Shown: positions 17,685-28,363 of the stretch, one piece after another
Layout: each line of letters begins with the position of its first letter
How positions within the stretch are numbered: the stretch's first letter is position 1
Source: Promethearchaeia archaeon
GTDB taxonomy: Archaea > Asgardarchaeota > Lokiarchaeia > Sigyniarchaeales > SOKP01
NCBI GenBank assembly: GCA_046497275.1
Contig: JAWOFX010000113.1
Span: 10,869-42,868 of the forward strand
Reading direction: 5' to 3'
Length of the DNA stretch: 32,000 nt
Position numbers and translations under genes: made by a program
Notes under the pieces: model-generated
Told to the model about the DNA's origin: nothing
The model's database searches: none
The model's input: the letters and a program-made list of their open reading frames with translations, nothing else

Positions 17685-18974
17685 TTGAAAAATATGAAAG
17701 TTTTGTATATTGATACTGAGAACTCAGGAATTTCTGGTGATCTTTTTTTAAGTGCTTTACTTGCCTTAATCAAGAATCAGAATAAGTTAATCGCAGAATT
17801 AGAAGAGCTGAAAAATTATTTACCAGGAGTGAAAAGACTTAATATCAAATTAATTAAAATAGAAGTCAGCGGTATCATCGTGAATAAATTGATAATTGAA
17901 TTAGAGGAGAAAAAAAATCATAGAAGCGCCTTAGATCTTAAAAAAGCGTTGAAAAATTTTTTAGATGATAAAGAGTTTTCTGAAGCTGCTAAAAAGTACG
18001 CTAAAGATGTTTTAGATTCCTTAATTAAAGCTGAATCTTCGGTTCATAATAAATTAGAAGATAACATTCATCTTCATGAATTAAGTTCAGTTGATACATT
18101 AATTGACATTTTAGGAGTAACAAAAACTCTAGACATTTTAGGCGCTTTTAGAGGTGATTTGAGTATTTATACTAGCAAACTTCCCTTAGGCGGGGGTAAC
18201 ATTGAAGCAGCTCATGGTACCTTACCAATACCCGCTCCTGCGACGAGTAAAATCATTGAGAATTCTAAACTTATTGTATATCTCGGTCCTATTGACGATG
18301 AATTAACCACACCTACAGGGGTGGCTCTTTTAGTAAATCTAAACCCAAAAATAAATAAAATTGAATTTAATCTCAAAAAAGTTGCATATAGTACTGGAGA
18401 AAAAGTATTCGATGAGTTTCCAAATATATTCCGCATTCTTTTTGGGAAAAAATACTTAGATTCTGAATTTGCTACACATCTTATTCAATACAGAGAAAAA
18501 GTTTCTGTTATTGAGACTAATGTTGATGATGTATCGGGAGAAATAATTGGTGATTTCATTGAGCAAATGGAAAATAAGGTTTTAGATATTCAAGTGATTC
18601 ATTGCTTAACTAAAAAAAATAGACCGAGTTATATTATTAAAATTTTATGTGATCCTGAAAATAAATTCAAGATCATTGAGGAAATTTTGGAGAATTTGGG
18701 AACATTAGGAGTAAGATATTACGACATTGACAGGATATGTGTTGATAGGGAAATTAAATCTCTAAATATTGAAATTGATAATACTATTTATTCTGTGAGA
18801 TATAAGATTTCTTTTATAATAAAAGAAAATCAGAAGAAGATTATTAACATTAAACCCGAATATGAAGATCTTAAAAAATTAAGAGATATAACTAACTATT
18901 CCATTAAAAGACTAAAATCAATAATTCTTCCAAAATTAATGAATGATGTCTATAAAGATAATGATATAGGTTAA
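17685..18974 (+). CDS. larC: Nickel-pincer cofactor biosynthesis protein LarC
   Basis: GISGDLFLSAL, HLHELSSVDTLIDI, AHGTLPIPAPAT, ELTTPTG, IETNVDDVSGE, TLGVR. Likely ATG start at 17694. Confidence 0.92.
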   Translation: MKNMKVLYIDTENSGISGDLFLSALLALIKNQNKLIAELEELKNYLPGVKRLNIKLIKIEVSGIIVNKLIIELEEKKNHRSALDLKKALKNFLDDKEFSEAAKKYAKDVLDSLIKAESSVHNKLEDNIHLHELSSVDTLIDILGVTKTLDILGAFRGDLSIYTSKLPLGGGNIEAAHGTLPIPAPATSKIIENSKLIVYLGPIDDELTTPTGVALLVNLNPKINKIEFNLKKVAYSTGEKVFDEFPNIFRILFGKKYLDSEFATHLIQYREKVSVIETNVDDVSGEIIGDFIEQMENKVLDIQVIHCLTKKNRPSYIIKILCDPENKFKIIEEILENLGTLGVRYYDIDRICVDREIKSLNIEIDNTIYSVRYKISFIIKENQKKIINIKPEYEDLKKLRDITNYSIKRLKSIILPKLMNDVYKDNDIG

Positions 18975-19132
18975 AAAATAGTTAGAGAAAAATAAGAGAA
19001 TAAAAAAATGAAGTAGGAATAGGATTCATTGAATTTTTAGGAATTTGTTTATTTGACAAATATTCCCACTCATTCCAGTTTATTTGATTAGATTGTTTAT
19101 ATTTAAAAATCTTGGTTTTTCAGTTTATTCAG

Positions 19133-19666
19133 TTAGAATTCATCGATATTAAACTTGTTTAGCATATAATCTTCCTCAAGAGCCTCTTTCGAATAATCTT
19201 CTAATCTCTTTAATTCCTTATTAATTCTAAGAACGCGGTCTTTTTTTCCGAGTGTCTTAAAAATATCTCTTGCTTCAGTATAGGAGTTTACAGCTTCATC
19301 AAAATCACCACTTACTTCTTGATCTTCAGCAATAAATTGAAGGCCTTCTGCAACTTCCATTCTTTTGCCTAATTTTCTCTGAATTTTTAAAGCTAACCAA
19401 TGATGTTTTAAACTATCGACATATTCCTTGAATACAGAATAAGTTCTTCCCATCGCCCTTAAGACTAAAGCTTCTTCTTCTTTGAGATTTTTTTGTTTAC
19501 AATATTTTAAGAGGTCTCTTAGAAATTCAATATAATATTCACTTTTTTTCGATCGGTCAATATTAGAAAGCGCTATTTCATATGTATTGAGAGTATTCTT
19601 AATGTCACCGCTTTTAAAAAATTCTTTTGATCTTTTAAAAAGATCATCTGGCATTGTCGCCACCAT
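19133..19666 (-). CDS. Tetratricopeptide-repeat-like helical protein
   Basis: Paired-helix pattern (ALVLRAMGRTY..ALKIQRKLG; AVNSYTEARDIFKTLG). Confidence 0.65.
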   Translation of the reverse strand: MVATMPDDLFKRSKEFFKSGDIKNTLNTYEIALSNIDRSKKSEYYIEFLRDLLKYCKQKNLKEEEALVLRAMGRTYSVFKEYVDSLKHHWLALKIQRKLGKRMEVAEGLQFIAEDQEVSGDFDEAVNSYTEARDIFKTLGKKDRVLRINKELKRLEDYSKEALEEDYMLNKFNIDEF

Positions 19667-20009
19667 ATCTTCAGAATCACTTTTGATATTGATTCAAATG
19701 AATTTTAATTTAAAATAAGTTCAATTGATATATAATCGATAACATATTTATACTTATTGATCATAGAAATATGTATTAGGAAAGCCGAAAATGGAGCATT
19801 TAATACATTGTTTTCTTGATTACTTTTAGCTAGCCTTTATTAAGATAACCGTTTCTTTAAATCAAAGATTTAATAAGTAAAGATTTCAACCCATAAATAA
19901 AAAATTTTAAAGAGTAGATTCTACATTTGATTCTTTTTTAACATTTTGATATTTTCAAATTTTTAGATTTAAAAATTAAAATAAAAAAAAATAGAAAACA
20001 GATTTACGA

Positions 20010-20663
20010 TTAAATCCATCCCAATGGAATGAATACGACTAAAGCAACGATTCCTATAGCATAAAGAATCCCAACAAATTGGATTTGTTTTTTCTTATCT
20101 TCCATATCATAGACATAAAACGCCCCTACAAAGAAAATCAAATATCCAATTATGAAAATCAAAGGAGGAAAATACCAATGCCACCATGGATATTCCCAAA
20201 TTAAATAGTTGCCCCAGTTTAAAAGAATTTCAACAAAAACACAAAATGCAGCGAACAGTATAGCATTAAACCATCGATTTGAGATTCGTCCAAAAACTTT
20301 CTCTTCCTTATTATCTGGTAAGAATTTCGCAAAGATGATCCCCGCAATTGAAAACATAAATAATATTTCAATATTCCATCCAATTAATATTATATATGCA
20401 CTAGATCCAGGTGTAGTCCAGAATGCAGAATAATTAGTAAAGAAAAACACTAACGCATTCCAAATCTCATTGATCATATCTAAGCCTAAAACTGTGAGTC
20501 CAGCGAAAATAGTGCTCCAGTTACCAGTTTCTCGTGCTTTTTTCAATTCAACCCCATAAATATAAAGTACAATAGCTAATAAAGGGATGATATACCAACC
20601 AAAATCTTGATTTAATATTCTTAATTTACTAAGAGCTAATAATGAATCAGGTGTAGGTACCAT
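20010..20663 (-). CDS. Integral membrane protein of unknown function
   Basis: About 6 hydrophobic segments; NEIWNAL, GWNIEILFMF. Confidence 0.75.
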   Translation of the reverse strand: MVPTPDSLLALSKLRILNQDFGWYIIPLLAIVLYIYGVELKKARETGNWSTIFAGLTVLGLDMINEIWNALVFFFTNYSAFWTTPGSSAYIILIGWNIEILFMFSIAGIIFAKFLPDNKEEKVFGRISNRWFNAILFAAFCVFVEILLNWGNYLIWEYPWWHWYFPPLIFIIGYLIFFVGAFYVYDMEDKKKQIQFVGILYAIGIVALVVFIPLGWI

Positions 20664-20818
20664 AAGTTATAATCTCATTTTTATATTTATATTGTTATTA
20701 TTTTTGTTTATTTGTTATTTATAATTTTCTTAAAAATTAGAGATCAAGATTTTAAAAATTAGTTTTTACTTTTGTAAACAATTTAGCAAGTAAAAGCAAA
20801 TAATTATTTCTGATGTAT

Positions 20819-21601
20819 CTATTTATTTTTTATTCTCCTTGAAATTAAAGCTGCTGAAACACCTGCTCCAAATCCATTATCAATATTTACTACTAATAAC
20901 CCAGGACTACACGATTGCAGCATTGTATTTAAGGCACCTTCTCCTTTTCCCCCGACTCCATAACCACTGGAGACAGGAACTCCGATAATTGGAACATCTA
21001 CTAATGCGGCCACTACACCCGGGAGTGTTCCTTCCATTCCAGCACAGACAATAATAACATCCACCCCACTCTCTATCATATCTATGAGTGGCTTGAAAAT
21101 ACGATGGATTCCAGCGATGCCAACATCATAACTAGATATGACTTGGCATCCCATAACATCTAAAATAATTTTAGCTTCTTCCGCTACAGGTATGTCTGAA
21201 CTGCCTGCGGTAATTACTCCAACGGTGCCTTTTTTTTCTTCTGGGATTGCATCCGTTTCTCTTATAATAATTGTTTTTGCTAGTTCATTAACTTCTATAT
21301 TATAATTTCCTTGAGTTGAATAAACTTCTTTTAACGTTTTCTTCTGATTTTTAGTCACTCTGGACACTATCACATAGGGATGTTCCTCCAAATACGATTT
21401 TACAATACTTAAAAGTAGATCAGAATTCTTGTTTTCTGCAAAGATTACTTCAGGTACACCAGTTCTCATCTGACGAAAAATATCTAATTGTGCTAATCCT
21501 TCCACATCTTTTATAAAATTAGCTCTTAGTAGTTTTTCTGCCTCTGAAAGTTCAATTTCTTTATTTAATAATTTTTCTAAAATTTCTCTTATATTTGCCA
21601 T
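20819..21601 (-). CDS. larB: Nickel-pincer cofactor biosynthesis protein LarB (AIR carboxylase family)
   Basis: RTGVPEVIFAENK, TAGSSDIPVAEEA, DVGIAGIHR, AGMEGTLP, PVSSGYG, VVNIDNGFGA. Confidence 0.93.
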   Translation of the reverse strand: MANIREILEKLLNKEIELSEAEKLLRANFIKDVEGLAQLDIFRQMRTGVPEVIFAENKNSDLLLSIVKSYLEEHPYVIVSRVTKNQKKTLKEVYSTQGNYNIEVNELAKTIIIRETDAIPEEKKGTVGVITAGSSDIPVAEEAKIILDVMGCQVISSYDVGIAGIHRIFKPLIDMIESGVDVIIVCAGMEGTLPGVVAALVDVPIIGVPVSSGYGVGGKGEGALNTMLQSCSPGLLVVNIDNGFGAGVSAALISRRIKNK

Positions 21602-21607
21602 TTCATA

Positions 21608-24262
21608 TCATCCAAACAATTTTGCTCTTTTAACTATAAACCCAATTAAATATTTTAAGAAAAACCTAATAATTTTACCAAAAAATATCTCGATTCCCGC
21701 AAAATAATATCCTTGAGCGCTAAAATAATTCTGAGTGAGAGAAATTTCTCCATTGAGTAAGTTAGGTTTTTTAAGATCTCCATTAAGATTAGGTGGTGGA
21801 CCGTAAGACTTGACATTTCTCCAATCATTATCATTAAATTCGAGGGTTTTCCAATGATCCAACGAACCCAATTTTTGATTTTTTGTATACAACCAAGTTT
21901 TATCCGATATAAGTTCTTGGACTAATCCATTTTCTTGTTCAATTTCGGCAAATATATTAAAAGCACCTTTTAATCCATCATAATTAGTAGCTTCTATGGA
22001 GATTATATTTTTCCCCTCTTTCAAATATTCAGTTATGTCAAATACTCGTACTCTAAATATTATCGGTAATCGTGATAGTGAAAATCTCCCTAATACTTCA
22101 CCCACATATTCTTGATTTAGATAAATTTTCATATGATTACATACAGTTGCTTGAATCAAAGCTTTATTAATCGGTTTTTCAATGGTAAAAATTTTTCTAA
22201 AAAAACGAGGTTTTTTTGGACAAGTTTTCTCATCTGCCCATATCCATTCAGATTCTAAAAAGGGATTTCTGAAATATATTTTATTTCTAAGTTGAGAAAT
22301 CTTCTCCCAATAAGCATCAATTAAATAATCAAACATGCGTAGATTATAATCAAGGCAAGGTCGCTTGGCGGCTCTAAGCCATAATCTTTGATATTTTTCT
22401 TTAAGATATTTTACCTTGTCTCGTATGTATTCAATATCTTGGATAATCTTCTCAATTTTTACTTTATCTAATTTAGTTCTTCTAAGATGATCTGATATAT
22501 CAACTGATAATTTAATTTTTTCTCCACAGTATTTTGCCAATTCTGCGCCAAATCCAATATATTCAAAATTATCTTTTTCTAATTTTATTTTGGGAAGTAA
22601 CTTATTATATAAATTAAGGCAATTAGTACCTAACTCCAATAATTCATTATATTTTTTTAGACCTGGCTTGAATTTCTTAGCTGGAAAGGGATGTTTAAAA
22701 AGATCTGTGTAGAATAGAGGAGGGAGAATTAATCTTAACCTATAATATTTTTCTGCCGAGGAACTTAAAAGAGTGTATAATTGATTAAAATCCTCTAAAT
22801 AATTCTCTTCTATTCCATAAAATAAAAATCCAAATTTTTCTTTAAATTGATCATATTCAAAATGTTTTACATTCCATGCTTTATCTGCACTTAAAATTGC
22901 TCCAAATATTTCATTCTCTCTTAAGGAGAAGTATCTCTGATCGCCCCATGTAGATGTAAGTACTCCTAAACATCCCTCATTTCTAAATTTAAAACCAATA
23001 TTAATCATATTAATGATATTTTTACTCGCATTCTTGTTATCAGGAAAATTTCTATTCCAGTTTAACATGGATGGGCTAACTATTACTCTATGACCAGACT
23101 CTAAGAATTTTTCGACAGGAGGGTTTTTTATTTTTGGGTTATACTCCCAATACATCAATATCATTTCTTTATTCAATTTTTCGAGGACATTATTATCTTT
23201 TCTTACGATATCATCGTACATAATAATATTATTATTATCATAAGTCGATGCGATATCATATATCTTGTTATAAAAATTTGCTAGTGCCTCGCTTTTTCCA
23301 ACTTTCTCTATATATTTTTCAGAATTATATCTCCCAACATCAAAACTTTCATCACATCCAATATGGAAATAATTTGTGGAAAAACATTTACTTATCTCGG
23401 AAATATAATCTTTCAAAAAGGGATAGATCTCCTGATTTGAAATATCCAATGAATGAGCTCCTGGAAATTCTCCTAAATTTCGATATTTCATATGTTGTAA
23501 AATATTATCCATATGTCCTAAACATTCAAAGATTGGGACGAGCTCTATAAAATGTTCTCTAGCATATGTATCTATTTCCTTAATTTCCTCACATGTTAAG
23601 GCCCCCCGTTCCTTCCCTATAAGCGGATGATTGGGGTGCGCAAACATATCCTCGATATAAAGACAATAGAAATTCATTTTATAATGGCTTATTAATTTGA
23701 TATATCGTTTCGCATTTTCTACAGAGCATATTTGACCGCGGGATATATCTTGTGCAACTCCTCTTACTTTTAGATCTGGTATATCTCTAATTAAAACAGA
23801 AGGTACTATGATTTCAAATGGATCCTTGACTTTTTTTTGAAGAATAGAATTTTTGATAATTTGAATTAATGTTTGAATTCCATAAAACAAACCTTTTTCG
23901 TGGAGACTATAGATTATGATTTTATTTTCTGCGATATTAAGATTATAGGATTCCTCATCTTCGGGTTGAAATAGATCAAGTATTTTATAATCTTCTAATA
24001 TTTTTGAATCTGAAAGGAGAGTATCCTTTATATTAAAAGATAAAGGAGGGTATTCTTCAAAAAATTCCATCAAATTATTAAAAAGGATCTCTTGATTTTC
24101 CACATTTACAAACGAAATTGGAGAGTTTGATCCTATTTTGAATGAATGTTCATCTTCAATGATAATTTCTTTAGGTTCAGGGATAAAAATAGGCTGTTTT
24201 AAACCATTTTCTTCTACTGATTCCAATCCACTAATTATTATGAATTTTAATTGAGAATCCAT
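21608..24262 (-). CDS. Glycoside hydrolase family 20 (beta-N-acetylhexosaminidase) with C-terminal jelly-roll domain
   Basis: GLFYGIQTLIQ, DIPDLKVRG, DISRGQ, FHIGCDES catalytic motif; C-terminal WIW...FFRKIF module. Confidence 0.87.
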   Translation of the reverse strand: MDSQLKFIIISGLESVEENGLKQPIFIPEPKEIIIEDEHSFKIGSNSPISFVNVENQEILFNNLMEFFEEYPPLSFNIKDTLLSDSKILEDYKILDLFQPEDEESYNLNIAENKIIIYSLHEKGLFYGIQTLIQIIKNSILQKKVKDPFEIIVPSVLIRDIPDLKVRGVAQDISRGQICSVENAKRYIKLISHYKMNFYCLYIEDMFAHPNHPLIGKERGALTCEEIKEIDTYAREHFIELVPIFECLGHMDNILQHMKYRNLGEFPGAHSLDISNQEIYPFLKDYISEISKCFSTNYFHIGCDESFDVGRYNSEKYIEKVGKSEALANFYNKIYDIASTYDNNNIIMYDDIVRKDNNVLEKLNKEMILMYWEYNPKIKNPPVEKFLESGHRVIVSPSMLNWNRNFPDNKNASKNIINMINIGFKFRNEGCLGVLTSTWGDQRYFSLRENEIFGAILSADKAWNVKHFEYDQFKEKFGFLFYGIEENYLEDFNQLYTLLSSSAEKYYRLRLILPPLFYTDLFKHPFPAKKFKPGLKKYNELLELGTNCLNLYNKLLPKIKLEKDNFEYIGFGAELAKYCGEKIKLSVDISDHLRRTKLDKVKIEKIIQDIEYIRDKVKYLKEKYQRLWLRAAKRPCLDYNLRMFDYLIDAYWEKISQLRNKIYFRNPFLESEWIWADEKTCPKKPRFFRKIFTIEKPINKALIQATVCNHMKIYLNQEYVGEVLGRFSLSRLPIIFRVRVFDITEYLKEGKNIISIEATNYDGLKGAFNIFAEIEQENGLVQELISDKTWLYTKNQKLGSLDHWKTLEFNDNDWRNVKSYGPPPNLNGDLKKPNLLNGEISLTQNYFSAQGYYFAGIEIFFGKIIRFFLKYLIGFIVKRAKLFG

Positions 24263-24494
24263 CGAATATAACTCCTTAAAAAATTCTACAATATACGATG
24301 AAATTAATTAATGCTAAATTAAATGTTTATAGTTATTTTGTAAGATAATTTATTCTAATTATCGAATTCTACACTTTTAAATAAATTCTGATTTCGATAA
24401 AATTTAAGTTTTAAGCAAATGCGTTAAAATCTAACTATTAAGCTTATAACCAAATTTTTTAAATAATAAATACATAATTTCGCAATTCTAATGA

Positions 24495-25190
24495 TTAATT
24501 GAACTCAAAAAGAATATCTTCTTTATCTAAAGGATGGACAATTACTTTAAGAGCTCCGAAAGGTGGATCAAAGTTACGCAGAATACGTTTCACTTTATTA
24601 TATACATCAATTGATTTATCCTCTTCATAACCTTTGATCCATATAATAACCTCATTTCCTTGTGGAGAAGAACTTAATTCAATCCCATCCAGTAATAAAG
24701 ATTCGGGTTTGATTACCTTTTTGCTTAGACGCTCTTTTTCAAGTATTAACTCTAATTTCTCTGCTAATTGATTCAAAATATCTTCCATAGCATTATTAAA
24801 TTCTCTTTCTCCTATAGTCCAGATAATTGTCACTATTCTTCGACTAATCCCAAATTCCTTCTCTTCCTCTTCTAGCTCAACAAGAGCTTGCTCCAACTTT
24901 ATTTTATAATTCTCAACAGCCTTTTCATATTCTGATTCTAAAATGGGTGTAAATTCTTTTTTATTTAAATTATTTGAGTGAGTTAATGAATATTTTAAAT
25001 CATTAATTTCTTGAATTTTTCCTTCTGAGAGAAGCTTTTGCAACGCATCATTAAGCTCTGGGAGCGATACGAGAATTCTTAGACGAAGATCTATCCAACC
25101 TATTAAATTCACTAAATTCATAGTTTCATATGTTCCATTCATATCAAGAGCCCACAAGATAGCTTCTTCTATATCATTATTATTTGACAT
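24495..25190 (-). CDS. Hypothetical protein
   Basis: 231-aa ATG-started ORF filling the intergenic space; no recognised motif. Confidence 0.6.
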   Translation of the reverse strand: MSNNNDIEEAILWALDMNGTYETMNLVNLIGWIDLRLRILVSLPELNDALQKLLSEGKIQEINDLKYSLTHSNNLNKKEFTPILESEYEKAVENYKIKLEQALVELEEEEKEFGISRRIVTIIWTIGEREFNNAMEDILNQLAEKLELILEKERLSKKVIKPESLLLDGIELSSSPQGNEVIIWIKGYEEDKSIDVYNKVKRILRNFDPPFGALKVIVHPLDKEDILFEFN

Positions 25191-25393
25191 TCAATCAATC
25201 CATTTAATTTTATTTCTTGATAAAGAATAAGTGATTTTAAAATTTATTAAAATTGCCAATTTTTATAATTCTAATATTTTAAGAATTATTTGATCCTACA
25301 TATTGGATTCAATAAAGATTTATAATATATAGAAAAAGTTTATTCATATTCAAAAATTATTTTCATATAAAAAATCTAAAGAGTTGAAATTTA

Positions 25394-26614
25394 ATGTCAT
25401 TTGACTATGTGTCTTATAGAGATGTAGATTTAAAAGGTAAAAAAGTACTAATTCGACCTGATATTAATTCAAACATTGATGTAGAGAATAACACTATCCG
25501 AGAGTCTCCTAGAATACAGGCTCTGGGTCAAGCTCTGGAGGAGTTTAAAGATTGTGCGGTTGTAGTTATGGCTCATCAATCTCGTCCTGGAAGTAAGGAT
25601 TTCACATCCCTAAAGCTTCATGCAGATGAATTAAGGAAACACACAGATATGCCCGTCAAGTTTGTTGATGATATTTTTGGGGATGAGGCCGTCCAAGCAA
25701 TTAAAGATCTTAATATCGGTGAAGTCTTAGTTTTAGATAATGTGAGAAAATGGGACACTGAGAATGAAATATTTGATGATTTTTCTGAAGCGCAGCAAAC
25801 TGAAATGATCAAAACTCTATCACCTTTATTTGATTATTTTATTGCAGATGCGTTCGGGGCGGCACATCGTGCACAACCTTCTATAATTGGTTGGCCTACA
25901 CTTATCGCAGGACCTACTGTAGTTAAAGAATTCGAATATATGACTAAATTATTAGAAGACCCCCAAAAACCGGTAGCAATGCTCATTGGTGGAGCTAAAG
26001 CCATCGATAAGTATAAAGCAATGAAATATAACCTGGAGAATGATAGACTAGACTATGGTTTGTGTGCAGGATTGACTGCAGTTCTTATTTTAGAAGCTCT
26101 TGGAATAGATACAGGAGAACCTAATAAAGAGGCTATAGGAAAGGATTTAAAAAAAGCCAAAGACGATATTGTTGAGACCTATGAAAAATTCAAAGATAAG
26201 ATTATCCTTCCAAAAGATCTTATTGTTGAAGAGAACGGTAAAAGAGAAAATGTTGCGATTGAAGAAGTTGGAAAATTAAATAAAGTTACTGGCGATATTG
26301 GGAAAAAGACATCTAAAGAATTTGAAAAATTAATGACGAAATGTAAAACAATCGTAGCTAATGGCCCACCGGGTATATTTGAGAAAGAAATATTTAGAAA
26401 AGGTACAAAAGAAATGGCTGGTGCTATGGCAAAAGCTACAAAGAAAAATGATGCTCTCACTGTTATAGGAGGCGGAGAAATGGGAACCGCGGCCGAAATG
26501 TTTGGATATTCAGATGATGTATCATTTATCTCAACGGGTGGTGGAGCTATGTTGGAAATCCTAAGTGGTAAAGATGTGCCCTTAGTAAAAGCACTAAGAG
26601 AGAAAAAACCATAA
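25394..26614 (+). CDS. pgk: Phosphoglycerate kinase
   Basis: RPDINS, AHQSRPG, DAFGAAHR, GGAK, NGPPGIFE, GGGE, STGGGA. Confidence 0.97.
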   Translation: MSFDYVSYRDVDLKGKKVLIRPDINSNIDVENNTIRESPRIQALGQALEEFKDCAVVVMAHQSRPGSKDFTSLKLHADELRKHTDMPVKFVDDIFGDEAVQAIKDLNIGEVLVLDNVRKWDTENEIFDDFSEAQQTEMIKTLSPLFDYFIADAFGAAHRAQPSIIGWPTLIAGPTVVKEFEYMTKLLEDPQKPVAMLIGGAKAIDKYKAMKYNLENDRLDYGLCAGLTAVLILEALGIDTGEPNKEAIGKDLKKAKDDIVETYEKFKDKIILPKDLIVEENGKRENVAIEEVGKLNKVTGDIGKKTSKEFEKLMTKCKTIVANGPPGIFEKEIFRKGTKEMAGAMAKATKKNDALTVIGGGEMGTAAEMFGYSDDVSFISTGGGAMLEILSGKDVPLVKALREKKP

Positions 26615-26912
26615 AAATTCTTATCTATTTTATTTTCATTTTTTTCATTCTTATTTTTTCTAATAATATTTTGGATAAATATTGTAGCTTATTTGATATA
26701 GATTGTAGACTAACGAATTATCACAAATAAATATTAGAAAATTTATGTTTAAAGAGATCCTTTCATTAAAAATTCAAATTGATTTTTTATGAAAAAATCG
26801 TGGGATCTCGGAAAAAATTTAAATATTTAATTAAGATCAATTTTAATGTTAAACGATTAATAGCGAGATCAAATTCGAAATATAATTATCATCATACGTG
26901 AGGTATTAGATA

Positions 26913-28349
26913 TTGACTTCTCATTTGGGTGAAGCTATAAAACATAAAACTCCTATATTAAATAATAATATTTTACTCGTCTTTCTAAGTTGGGGGAAAT
27001 GTGTTCAATCCCAGCTTTCTGGATATTATAAAAATCAACATGTGAATAAAATCGATACAGACATAATTATCTTTTTTAGTGGCTCAGAATCCTCGGTTTC
27101 AACCAACAAGGGATACCTTCATTGTTTTTTTGGGTTAGGATATTATTATAATAAATTTGAAATAAAATCTGGGAACTATATAACAGATAAAAGAGAATTG
27201 ACAGGTATAATATTATCTGATTTTGTGTATGATTATTTAGCTACTTCAAAAAGTATTACTTTCCAAAATGAGGAGGATATCATTTTTACTGATCTGATTG
27301 TAAAAGTCCCGATAGATTTATCATCAAAATCAAATACTAAAAGAACATTTATTAAGGGAACTTTAATGAGAAATCTATTTATTCCATATAAAAATATCTT
27401 TTTAGAAATGATGGATAATATTAAGCAAGAAGAATCTTATCAAATTAATAAGAATGGGCATAAGATTTTATGTGCTAACTGGGATAATTTTAATTCGATT
27501 TTAATCTCGGAAAATATGAAGGAAGAAAAAAAGAATGAGTATATTAATCCTACTGCTGGCATAAATAATATTAGTAAAGGAGTAGATGGTTATTTAAAAA
27601 ATTATTTTAATGAGTCGGATAAGATAAAAATAAAACAAAATATCGACAAGTTAAAGGAAGTCTACTCAACAATAAAATTCGATCCATCTTATTTATTTTC
27701 GATAATTGAAAACGCATCTAAATATCTGATAAATCAAGATTATTCGGAATTAATCCAGAAAAGTTTGGGAGGAAAAAATGGTTCAAAATCTTTGAAAAAA
27801 CAGATTTTATTATCTGCTCAAGAGAGAGAAAATGATATTGCTCCTTGGCCAAATGAATTCAAACTAAATAAAAAAGATTTATTAAAGTCTCCATTACAAG
27901 TGGACAATATAGATAGGAAAAAGATGGAAATGAACCTAAATCATAATTCTAATCTTGATAACGAGGATATGGAGAGGTATAACACTCCAAAAAAAGAAGA
28001 CTTTATCTTGCGCAACTTGAGGCCTCGAATAGTTACACAGAAGAAACTCCCAGAATCTGATATGGACAGTATTAAGGAAATTTTAAATTATTTAATTTTA
28101 GTAATTGAAGAAGATTATGATATGCCCTCCATAGGTAAAGCCTTCGAACTTGCTCATAAACACATAAGGAACATCGCTTTATATGTTGATTATATGTGGG
28201 AGATGAGTAAATTAGCAAACATTTATAAGAGAAAAAACCCAAATTTGGGTTTGAGTCGTAAAGAAAAAGAAGATTTATTAAGAAAGGTTCACAGGTGGAT
28301 TGAATATTCCTCAAATAAAAATCAATTAATGTTGGATCCGCAAAAATAA
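26913..28349 (+). CDS. Hypothetical protein (globular N-domain, low-complexity linker, helical C-domain)
   Basis: 478-aa ORF, TTG start preceded by GAGGTA; 14 bp upstream of the profilin-like gene. Confidence 0.65.
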   Translation: MTSHLGEAIKHKTPILNNNILLVFLSWGKCVQSQLSGYYKNQHVNKIDTDIIIFFSGSESSVSTNKGYLHCFFGLGYYYNKFEIKSGNYITDKRELTGIILSDFVYDYLATSKSITFQNEEDIIFTDLIVKVPIDLSSKSNTKRTFIKGTLMRNLFIPYKNIFLEMMDNIKQEESYQINKNGHKILCANWDNFNSILISENMKEEKKNEYINPTAGINNISKGVDGYLKNYFNESDKIKIKQNIDKLKEVYSTIKFDPSYLFSIIENASKYLINQDYSELIQKSLGGKNGSKSLKKQILLSAQERENDIAPWPNEFKLNKKDLLKSPLQVDNIDRKKMEMNLNHNSNLDNEDMERYNTPKKEDFILRNLRPRIVTQKKLPESDMDSIKEILNYLILVIEEDYDMPSIGKAFELAHKHIRNIALYVDYMWEMSKLANIYKRKNPNLGLSRKEKEDLLRKVHRWIEYSSNKNQLMLDPQK

Positions 28350-28363
28350 TTGAAAGAAGAATT

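Noticed and set aside
21599-21610. GH20 and larB are in frame, separated by TGA-TAT-GAA, so read-through or selenocysteine could fuse them
   Set aside because: In-frame spacing has a one-in-three chance, both proteins are complete, and I saw no SECIS-like element or redox context
2941-26614. glmU, GH2, GH20 and pgk as one amino-sugar utilisation locus
   Set aside because: The genes are scattered over more than 20 kb on both strands with no transporter or shared regulator
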